Below are positions 56,781 through 64,000 of a stretch of DNA of 64,000 nucleotides, one piece after another. Origin of the DNA: a virus. Its lineage: Duplodnaviria > Caudoviricetes. The stretch lies in IMG/VR virus record IMGVR_UViG_3300048631_000217, one strand, 5' to 3'. The translations under genes were made by a program, and so were the position numbers. The notes beneath the pieces were generated by a model. It saw only the letters and a program-made list of their open reading frames with translations. It searched no databases and had not been told where the DNA came from. Positions within the stretch are counted from its first letter, which is position 1. Every line of letters starts with the position of its first letter.

Positions 56781-58169
56781 CTACCTTTTGATAGTGGGGT
56801 CAACCTGAATCTCTTGGGCCGCTCGCATGGTCATCAGGGACATGAAGCTGTTGATCGTGCTGAGTGCCCCGTTGTCTTGGCTACTACCGCCAATGACCGT
56901 TGCCGGTACATTGATTTGTGCAGCGGCTTCCGCCCATACCTGTTGCGATTTCAACCAAGCGTCAAGTTTGGCTTGTAGCGCCCCATCAGCCTCTAGAATG
57001 GCCTGTTTGGCATAGGCTTCGGCATCGGCAGACACTTGGACGGATTCGGCTTCGATCCGGGTGCGTTCAAGGTCAATCTCGGCAGTTTCCTTGAAGATCT
57101 TAGCCTCTTCCTTCAACCGATCTGCCTTGATCAAGGCAAGCTTCTTTTCGGTTTCGGCATCGGTCGTTTTCTGAATCTGTTCTTCCCGCGCCTGAGCCTG
57201 ACGTTTTGCGATATTGGTTTCACCGGCCTGAATGGCAAGGAGTCGCTGTTCTTCCTGCTCTAGACGTTGTTCGCGGGCGATGATACGGCGGCTTGCAGCA
57301 TCTTTTCGGTCCTTGATCTGTTCTTCGAAACGGTCATCAGGATCAAGGTTTTCGAAAATGGCGCTGGACGCGATGATACCGTAATTCATGTAAGAATGAG
57401 GTTCGCGGATCTCTTTGCCAGTCTTGTCAAACACTTTCTGCATGATGATCGTCCCAACGTCACTATCGCCATATGTCGCCGTGTCTTGAGACTTGTCGCT
57501 AGTAGAGTTACCTGACGTTCCAACACCGGATTCCGTTTCAACATATACCTGACGAACGCGGGCGCGGCCCTTCAAGATAGCTTCCTCAAACTCAGTCTTG
57601 AATTCGCCTCTTTGTCCCCCTGCATAATAACCTTCCATGGTGAACATGTTGGCCACGGAGTCCAACGATGCGGTTACGGCGGGGCGAAGCGTCGTCGTGA
57701 CCAGCCGGTCAACACTGCGGAAATCCCTAGCCATTTTCAGGAATTGTTCGGAGTCTTGGGGAATACCGAACCGGGTGTTTTGCGTCACCTGACCCGTCCA
57801 GTTGTCGGCTAGTCTTACCATGTAAGGTGTGCCGATAGCTGTCCCGTCCGCATCTGTGGCATCCGTATGAGATACCGTGATATAATGCGGCCAAGCGGTT
57901 GAACGCCCCCACCCTTCAAAGAACCATCCGGTTTTGCAGTAGGACGATTCACTACCGAAAATGGTTCGAATGTGTCGGCAGTAACCGGAGTCGTTGTATT
58001 CGAATGCGCCGCCGACGAAGGTTGCCGCACTTACGGAGACCGCTAGTGCCGATACCCAATTTCGAAAGGTATTCGGTATTTCCATGGGTTTAGCAATCTT
58101 CCACACGGCAACAGCCGCAAGCAACAGCATCATAGATGCGATAATACTGATCATTTTGTCCCTCTTCAA
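56781..58169 (-). CDS. SPFH/Band-7-like membrane protein
   Basis: N-terminal TMs, core domain, long Ala/Glu coiled coil (ADAEAY). Confidence 0.7.
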   Translation of the reverse strand: MKRDKMISIIASMMLLLAAVAVWKIAKPMEIPNTFRNWVSALAVSVSAATFVGGAFEYNDSGYCRHIRTIFGSESSYCKTGWFFEGWGRSTAWPHYITVSHTDATDADGTAIGTPYMVRLADNWTGQVTQNTRFGIPQDSEQFLKMARDFRSVDRLVTTTLRPAVTASLDSVANMFTMEGYYAGGQRGEFKTEFEEAILKGRARVRQVYVETESGVGTSGNSTSDKSQDTATYGDSDVGTIIMQKVFDKTGKEIREPHSYMNYGIIASSAIFENLDPDDRFEEQIKDRKDAASRRIIAREQRLEQEEQRLLAIQAGETNIAKRQAQAREEQIQKTTDAETEKKLALIKADRLKEEAKIFKETAEIDLERTRIEAESVQVSADAEAYAKQAILEADGALQAKLDAWLKSQQVWAEAAAQINVPATVIGGSSQDNGALSTINSFMSLMTMRAAQEIQVDPTIKR

Positions 58170-58687
58170 TATGCAGTCTGTTTCACAATCTTACCGTACA
58201 TGTTGATATACGTCACATAATCGAACCCCTCATTCCCTTCCGGCAAGACGTAAGACTTGCGCATGTTGTCCATGATGTTGTCGGGAATCGTCTTACCCGA
58301 CCGAGCCGACAGACGAGACCGCCATTCGGCAACATCCTCATCAGTCTCGGGGGGGCAGATAGCCCAAGCGTGTTTGGTATATTCCGAAGAAAACCGCGAC
58401 AGGATCGACCGCCGCTTCTTCTTAGACAAATTCGTCTGGTCCCAAATGATCGGGTTCTTGTTGAAAATGTGGTGCGTCAAAAGACTGTCCATAGTCTTCT
58501 GAGCATCGTCAATCAAGCTACCGAACATTTCATCATAACTTTTCTTATAAAAATCTGCCCAAGTCTGGATGAAGTGATCGGTCGAATACACGAAAACATC
58601 GTTATCCGCGTTCTTCTCCAAGGCGGCAGAAACCGCGTAACTCTTGCCGGTCCCCGGCAGACCACACATCACAACAAGATTGGGCAT
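58166..58687 (-). CDS. Polynucleotide kinase-like P-loop protein (AAA_33)
   Basis: VMCGLPGTGKS; STD; IIWDQTNL...R. Confidence 0.8.
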   Translation of the reverse strand: MPNLVVMCGLPGTGKSYAVSAALEKNADNDVFVYSTDHFIQTWADFYKKSYDEMFGSLIDDAQKTMDSLLTHHIFNKNPIIWDQTNLSKKKRRSILSRFSSEYTKHAWAICPPETDEDVAEWRSRLSARSGKTIPDNIMDNMRKSYVLPEGNEGFDYVTYINMYGKIVKQTAY

Positions 58688-58690
58688 GGC

Positions 58691-59296
58691 TCAAAACTCC
58701 ATCTTTAACGTCTCAAGTTCATCCAAACAGATAAACTTGGTTTTGTCAATAACTTTTTGGGTAGAATGGTGCCAGTGCCCGAAAATCCATACATCGGGTT
58801 GATGGATTTTCCACATGGCGTCAAGGGCCTGTCTGGTCCGACTAGGGAATTCCCGACGATAGAAGGGGAACATGTTGATCGCCGCCGTTTCCGGGCATTC
58901 ATGAGACGCTACGTAACGCGGCTTGATCGTCTCGTAGCTGTTGATGATGGATTCGAAATGAGCAATCGAAATCTCTTCATCCGGCCACCAACTTACTCCA
59001 TGGATTCGATAAGCCTTGTCAATCGACAATCCACCCCCGATGAACATCATGTCAAGGTCTTTATCATAGTGACCATCGGGGATATAGTTTTCCATGGTCT
59101 TGATGACGGACGGGTTATCGTGATTGCCTCGGATGAACCTATGGGTATGGCCGATACCGGATAGACGATCCTCGTTCCGGCCCATGAAACCGACCCCAAG
59201 ATCTCCGATCTGGATCGTTTCGGTGGTATTGGCAACGATGTCAAGGTATCTGTCGATCTTGCCATGCACATCACCGATGAAGGTCACTTCAATCAT
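58691..59296 (-). CDS. Metallophosphoesterase
   Basis: GDVHG; GDLG; GNHD; SHECP; FGHWH. Confidence 0.85.
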   Translation of the reverse strand: MIEVTFIGDVHGKIDRYLDIVANTTETIQIGDLGVGFMGRNEDRLSGIGHTHRFIRGNHDNPSVIKTMENYIPDGHYDKDLDMMFIGGGLSIDKAYRIHGVSWWPDEEISIAHFESIINSYETIKPRYVASHECPETAAINMFPFYRREFPSRTRQALDAMWKIHQPDVWIFGHWHHSTQKVIDKTKFICLDELETLKMEF

Positions 59297-60455
59297 GGGG
59301 TATCCCAATTATTTCACAAAACTTTTCGTAGCTTTTGTTGTTGCTGCAAGACGCCTTGGCGAGATCCATCAACATACCGCTGATACTCTTGCCGTCCATA
59401 CAAGCAAAGATATAACGTGCGGCATGGGGGTCGTCAAGCTTGGGGATAACCTCGGTCGCCAAAACCTTACGATCCCCCTGTGCCTGATCTATAGCCCATT
59501 TCGACAAATTGACCAGTTCGCTAAATCTACTCTGGAAACATTTCCAGAATTTCACCTCGTAATCACTAACTCGCGTCAGATCTTGATTATCAAGAAAGGG
59601 TAGTAGATCGTCTAGTTCATTGTTCAACATAAGGGACAGAATGTGACGATCCGTGCGGATTCGATCCTTGACCTTGTGGATACGCACATACCAGTCATTC
59701 TTGATCTTCAGCTTATGTCCGTCCAGAAAGTTGATGATATACCCTTCACAACCCGTCTCTTTCGACTTTTCTTCGACAAAAGACTTGATGTCTTTGGGGG
59801 CGGTATAACTCGGGCATATCTTGAAAGGGCATTCTACTTCGGATATATCTAGATACATTCCGGTCAAATTATCACGGATAGCAAGTAGAACAAGTTCTTC
59901 TTCGGTGTAATCGACCACGATCTTGTTATTTGGGCCAATCCATTCAAAAAGCGGAGTATACCCCAATTTGTATTGATGATACACCCATTCCTGATATTCA
60001 GGGTTTCGTGACGCTAGCCACGTTTCGGCTTGCATGGAAACTTCCGTGATCCCCATCTTGGTCGCAAGGCGTAGATGACTGTTTACTATAACAGGTCGGA
60101 TCATGCTCCCATCCATCTTGTCTTGTATAAAGATGTTCTGGAAATTGATTGCGTTGATTTGGGTTTCTTCTTTCTCGTTAAGGTTGAAGAATTTGTGAAA
60201 TGGCCGGGAAATGAGTTTACCCGAACCATCGAAAATCAGCCCACGACATTCCCGTAGATACACCCATTTCGGGTGGTAGACGCCTGCCGCATCCACAATC
60301 ATTGAATCGTGGGTTGCGGAAAAGGTCTCGGGAGTCTGCACAACATAGTTGATGACGCTGTAGCCGTCCCTTCTTGCGATCACGAATTCGTCTAGTCCCT
60401 TTATGGCCGATAGGACCGGCCCGTAGTCTACCAGAAACGGAAACTTGTAATTCAT
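59289..60455 (-). CDS. rnlA: RNA ligase 1 (T4 Rnl1-like)
   Basis: RECRGLIF; RPFHKFFN; KMDGS; TPLFE; NKIVV.Y; EGYI; KIKNDWY..H. Confidence 0.92.
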   Translation of the reverse strand: MNYKFPFLVDYGPVLSAIKGLDEFVIARRDGYSVINYVVQTPETFSATHDSMIVDAAGVYHPKWVYLRECRGLIFDGSGKLISRPFHKFFNLNEKEETQINAINFQNIFIQDKMDGSMIRPVIVNSHLRLATKMGITEVSMQAETWLASRNPEYQEWVYHQYKLGYTPLFEWIGPNNKIVVDYTEEELVLLAIRDNLTGMYLDISEVECPFKICPSYTAPKDIKSFVEEKSKETGCEGYIINFLDGHKLKIKNDWYVRIHKVKDRIRTDRHILSLMLNNELDDLLPFLDNQDLTRVSDYEVKFWKCFQSRFSELVNLSKWAIDQAQGDRKVLATEVIPKLDDPHAARYIFACMDGKSISGMLMDLAKASCSNNKSYEKFCEIIGIPHD

Positions 60456-60751
60456 TTTTCGAACCTCACACTGACGGGACTATATGTCGTGATCGACATG
60501 AAACGGTCTTCTGCCAAGACGATGAATAGCCCGGCTTCGTCGTCTATGTCAACCACAAATCGCCTATCCACGACAGAAACAGATACCTTCGTGCTGCCAC
60601 AAGAATAGACGAACCCTTTGGGGGCGTCATCGAACCCGAAAGACATTGTTACTGAATTGTTGCCGTGGCTGATACTGTTGGGGTCGGAATCCCAAAAACA
60701 TGTCCGGTATTCCAACCCCGTATCAACCACCTCTAGCGCATAGATCATCAT
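60452..60751 (-). CDS. Hypothetical protein
   Basis: ORF with 4-nt overlaps on both sides. Confidence 0.55.
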   Translation of the reverse strand: MMIYALEVVDTGLEYRTCFWDSDPNSISHGNNSVTMSFGFDDAPKGFVYSCGSTKVSVSVVDRRFVVDIDDEAGLFIVLAEDRFMSITTYSPVSVRFEK

Positions 60752-61179
60752 TTGAAATCTAGCAACCTGCCCATGTTGATGTCAACGTCACTCTTCTTCA
60801 GAGTGTACAGGAGATAGCTTTGTTCAAACTTGTAGAACCTTGTCAAGAGGTGACAATACGTTGCCACGTAGTTAGGTCCGTGGCCGTCACACGGTTCGAA
60901 CGTTTCAAGACCGTTCAAGGAATGGGCGAGTTCATGGATCAGGATTTTTTCGTTCAGCCCCCAATGCGCCAGTTGAATTCGGTAGCGAGAACCCGTTGAA
61001 ACCCTTTTGTATCGTTCATTGAGAACCACGTCAGGCGGATTCAACAAACCAAGTTCGTTCCAAATATATCCGACGATGATACGCAAGGAATGTGTATCAG
61101 TTTCATTGGATGGCATTTTCGGGAAGACGAAAGCGCGTTCCCAATCATAGACATGCTGCTTCTGATAGTCCCGCATCAC
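60748..61179 (-). CDS. HExxH zinc-metallopeptidase-like protein
   Basis: RDYQK..VYDWE; ILIHELAH; GHGP. Confidence 0.7.
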   Translation of the reverse strand: MMRDYQKQHVYDWERAFVFPKMPSNETDTHSLRIIVGYIWNELGLLNPPDVVLNERYKRVSTGSRYRIQLAHWGLNEKILIHELAHSLNGLETFEPCDGHGPNYVATYCHLLTRFYKFEQSYLLYTLKKSDVDINMGRLLDFK

Positions 61180-61436
61180 TTCGCCCCATTCATGTAGTCG
61201 CTGAGAAGGTAAGTGCCGATCCCTTTCAGGACGATTGTGTTAGAATAATGAGTCTTGCCGTCTTCTGTGTCAATCACCAGTTCCACATTTTCAGGAAAAT
61301 GTTTGCTGGCCGGGGTCAGACGGTAATCGACTACCATACCTTCCATGGTCGGATACATAGCCCCGAAATTCATCATCATCTTGGTTCCGATGGGGTATTC
61401 GGAAATCGTTTCGCGGTTGATACGATGTTTGATCAT
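61176..61436 (-). CDS. Hypothetical early protein
   Basis: Behind cassette G. Confidence 0.65.
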   Translation of the reverse strand: MIKHRINRETISEYPIGTKMMMNFGAMYPTMEGMVVDYRLTPASKHFPENVELVIDTEDGKTHYSNTIVLKGIGTYLLSDYMNGAK

Positions 61437-61441
61437 TTCGG

Positions 61442-61497
61442 ATTCCTTTCCTATCGCTTACATGTTGAATATAGGCGATAGGAACATTTTTGTCAAG
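61442..61497 (-). promoter_or_regulatory. Early promoter/leader cassette with 10-bp inverted repeat (copy G)
   Basis: -35 at 61491-61496, -10 at 61468-61473; TTCCTATCGC/GCGATAGGAA. Confidence 0.85.
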
Positions 61498-61504
61498 TGT
61501 TCTT

Positions 61505-62140
61505 TTAAAGGTCACGAAATTCGATATGACCTTTGATCAATGCCATAGCCTTTTCATACTTTTCCGAGAAACCTTCATCATCGAAAACCTTACGACCTTT
61601 ATCAGACTCCCAATCTTTAAGAGTCATGGACTTGCACCCGATGTTGATCAACTCATCCTCAATCGTTACCGTGAAAGGGAACCCGTTGATCACGATGGGG
61701 GTCTTGGTCACGGGGCCTTGGACCCGAGCATTCCCGTAAACCCAAGCATTCCCGTAAACCCGAGCATACCCGTAAACACGAGCATCTCCGTAAACCCGAG
61801 CATGCCCGTAAACCAGAGCATACCCGTAAACCAGAGCATCTCCGTAAACACGAGCATCTCCGTAAACACGAGCATACCCGTAAACCAGAGCATCTCCGTA
61901 AACACGAGCATTCCCGTAAACCCGAGCATACCCGTAAACCTGAGCATCCCCGGAAACACGAGCATTCCCGTAAACCCGAGCATACCCGTAAACCTGAGCA
62001 TCCCCGGAAACACGAGCATCCGGCCCGACATAGGCGGTTTCGGCGACATACGCGGTGTCCGCGACCCAACCGCCTCCATTGGGATGCTTATGGGCCGGGA
62101 CGGGGCCTTTGCCGTCTTCAAAATCAAACATAGTCGTCAT
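61505..62140 (-). CDS. Hexapeptide-repeat protein, type II, 211 aa
   Basis: Paralogue of 40639 with 5 more repeats. Confidence 0.85.
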   Translation of the reverse strand: MTTMFDFEDGKGPVPAHKHPNGGGWVADTAYVAETAYVGPDARVSGDAQVYGYARVYGNARVSGDAQVYGYARVYGNARVYGDALVYGYARVYGDARVYGDALVYGYALVYGHARVYGDARVYGYARVYGNAWVYGNARVQGPVTKTPIVINGFPFTVTIEDELINIGCKSMTLKDWESDKGRKVFDDEGFSEKYEKAMALIKGHIEFRDL

Positions 62141-62151
62141 TTTGGTTTCCT

Positions 62152-62901
62152 TTACGAAAGAAGTTTCGTGCTACCGTCATCGCCGTTAATCGGGCTGTTG
62201 AAGTTAACTTTCTTCGCCGATTCGGCTCCCGCATTGTTTGCCCCGGTCACGCCGCCCGAACGACTATAGTTGTATTCCTGCCGCAGACGGATATTGAAGT
62301 GATCCGCAAAGTATTCGTCAATCTTGCCCATCTTCAGCGGCACTAGCGCGGTGCCAGTTTTGGTAACATTGGTTTTGGTATCTGCGGCCAGTTTCGTCAG
62401 ACGGCTACAAATCACATTGACGAAACCGTTGCGGAAACTTGCCCGAACCTTACGCCCATGGAAATTCGCCAGCGCCGCAGCACCTTTCGAGGAATTCTTG
62501 AACGATTCGTATTCGTTCAGATAGACCCGGTTCAACATGTCCCAGAAGAATTCAAACAATTCAAGATCGTTCTCGTAGCCAATGAGATTGATCGAGAACG
62601 ATTGGATGCGGTTATACCGGCGCGGACGCATGACCCAAATCTTGAGGGAAAGGAATTCGGCAAGGGCCATGGTGATACCGAGAAGTTCCGGCTTGTTATT
62701 GCGGCCCGTTTCGATGACCTTATGAAGAATCTTCTCGTCACCAAGTTCGATATCTTCAATCGACAATGCCCATTCTTCCATCAAGGCACCTGCCTTGCTC
62801 ATGGCAACTTGGGCTTCGGCGAGGTTGCTGTTGTTGGCAGACAGGGCCATCAGCTTCGCGATCTTGACTTTTACGGCTTGGACTTCGCTTTTCATAATCA
62901 A
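62152..62901 (-). CDS. DUF2786-domain protein
   Basis: KIAKLMALS...EAQVAMSKAGALM; SFRNGF. Confidence 0.75.
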   Translation of the reverse strand: MIMKSEVQAVKVKIAKLMALSANNSNLAEAQVAMSKAGALMEEWALSIEDIELGDEKILHKVIETGRNNKPELLGITMALAEFLSLKIWVMRPRRYNRIQSFSINLIGYENDLELFEFFWDMLNRVYLNEYESFKNSSKGAAALANFHGRKVRASFRNGFVNVICSRLTKLAADTKTNVTKTGTALVPLKMGKIDEYFADHFNIRLRQEYNYSRSGGVTGANNAGAESAKKVNFNSPINGDDGSTKLLS

Positions 62902-62907
62902 CCCTTT

Positions 62908-62961
62908 CGGTTTCCTATCGCTTACATGATGAATATAGGCGATAGGAAAGGTTTTGTCAAG
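62908..62961 (-). promoter_or_regulatory. Early promoter/leader cassette with 11-bp inverted repeat (copy H)
   Basis: -35 at 62955-62960, -10 at 62932-62937; TTTCCTATCGC/GCGATAGGAAA. Confidence 0.85.
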
Positions 62962-62967
62962 AAGTTT

Positions 62968-63621
62968 TTAGAGATTATCCCGAACGTCGATGTGTCCTTT
63001 GATCAGGAACATGATCTTTTTGTAATTATTAGAATAACCTTCATCATCGAAAGCCTTACGACCATTCTCGGACTCCCAATCTTTAAGAGTCATGGATTGG
63101 CACCCGATGTTGATCAGTTTGTCTTCAATCGTGACCGTGAAAGGGAACCCGGTGATCACGATAGGGGTCTTGGTCACGGGGCCTTGGACCAGAGCCTTCC
63201 CAGAAACCCAAGCCTTATCGGAAACCTGAGCATTCTCGTAAACACGAGCATCTCCGTAAACACGAGCATCTCCGTAAACACGAGCATTCCCGTAAACCCA
63301 AGCATACCCGTAAACCTGAGCATACCCGTAAACCAGAGCATACCCGAAAACACGAGCATTCCCAGAAACCCGAGCATTCTCGGAAACAAAAGTATATCCG
63401 TAAACACGAGCCTTATCGGAAACCTGAGCATACCCGTAAACCCAAGCATACCCGTAAACCCGAGCATTCCCGAAAACACGAGCCTTATCGAAAACACGAG
63501 CATCCGGCCCGACATAGGCGGTTTCGGCGACATACGCGGTGTCCGCGACCCACCCCCCGCCGTTCGGGTGTTGATGGGCCGGTACAGGGCCTTGGCCGTC
63601 TTCGAAGTCAAAAGTGGTCAT
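62968..63621 (-). CDS. Hexapeptide-repeat protein, type II, 217 aa
   Basis: Paralogue of 40639 with 6 more repeats. Confidence 0.85.
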   Translation of the reverse strand: MTTFDFEDGQGPVPAHQHPNGGGWVADTAYVAETAYVGPDARVFDKARVFGNARVYGYAWVYGYAQVSDKARVYGYTFVSENARVSGNARVFGYALVYGYAQVYGYAWVYGNARVYGDARVYGDARVYENAQVSDKAWVSGKALVQGPVTKTPIVITGFPFTVTIEDKLINIGCQSMTLKDWESENGRKAFDDEGYSNNYKKIMFLIKGHIDVRDNL

Positions 63622-63632
63622 TGCGGTTTCCT

Positions 63633-63797
63633 TTACGATTTAAGCAAACGGGCATAAATCCCGTAGTTAACTCGGACCTCATATCCGTTTTCCAAAGATC
63701 TCATCTGACCTTCGGTAAACCGATCATTCATTTGTTCCTCTGACATTTCAATTTTGTCAAGTTTGTCGTCATACCGAACAAGAATTTTGTAGGTCAT
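63633..63797 (-). CDS. Hypothetical early protein (54 aa)
   Basis: Manual translation MTYKILVRYDDKLDKIEMSEEQMNDRF...LLKS. Confidence 0.55.
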   Translation of the reverse strand: MTYKILVRYDDKLDKIEMSEEQMNDRFTEGQMRSLENGYEVRVNYGIYARLLKS

Positions 63798-63813
63798 CAG
63801 TAACCCTCATTTT

Positions 63814-63899
63814 GGTTTCCTATCGCTTACATGATGAATATAGGGTCTTCGGAACACTTTGTCAAGAAAAAAAAACGCCCCCGAGGGGGCGCTTCTTTT
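63814..63899 (-). promoter_or_regulatory. Terminator + early promoter + leader cassette (copy I)
   Basis: -35 at 63860-63865, -10 at 63837-63842; CGCCCCC hairpin with T-tract on the minus strand. Confidence 0.8.
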
Positions 63900-64000
63900 A
63901 GTAGTAGGTTCTAACTCGTCCTCTTATCTCATCTAATGACTGGTCTATGACCACCCTACCATCTTCAAACACTGTTTTAAGGCAGTTGACAAATGGCGCA

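Noticed and set aside
61505-63621. Diversity-generating retroelement explaining the repeat variation (AAT/GAT/TAT/CAT, TAC/TTC/TCC and CAG/CGG/CTG look like A-to-N changes)
   Set aside because: No reverse transcriptase or template/variable repeat pair in the window; non-A changes occur (CGG/TGG, AAT/AAG) and the second A of AAT barely varies. A genome-wide RT search would be needed to exclude it fully.

Overview
64 kb of a large T4-like myophage genome. The host is probably alphaproteobacterial, judging by an alpha-type permuted tmRNA and a VPLPA-CTERM-like protein. 1-12.3 kb and 15.9-26.2 kb: baseplate/tail genes (DUF4815/VrlC-like, gp8, gp7, gp6, gp25, lytic protein, gp5, hub, gp53, gp48, gp4, gp2, gp54, gp26, gp51, holin-like, tape-measure-like). 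26.4-28.2 kb: gp32, gp59, gp33. 28.4-28.8 kb: a circularly permuted two-piece tmRNA whose 164-nt intervening segment can fold into a structured RNA with perfectly complementary 7-nt loops. 29-64 kb: mostly minus-strand accessory genes (Alt-like ADP-ribosyltransferase, dNMP kinase, HNH, methyltransferase, PAAR, Acb1-like phosphoesterase, PhoH, RNase H, split RNA-repair enzymes, Rnl1). The most striking architecture is a dispersed family of 7 hexapeptide-repeat (beta-helix) genes with variable 18-nt repeat number and content. Every one is immediately followed by the same sigma70 promoter/leader cassette, insulated either by a terminator or by an RBS-occluding inverted repeat. A tandemly duplicated, promoter-driven non-coding hairpin unit at 12.3-12.8 kb is a candidate replication origin or sRNA pair. 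All protein calls come from motif recognition and synteny, not database searches.
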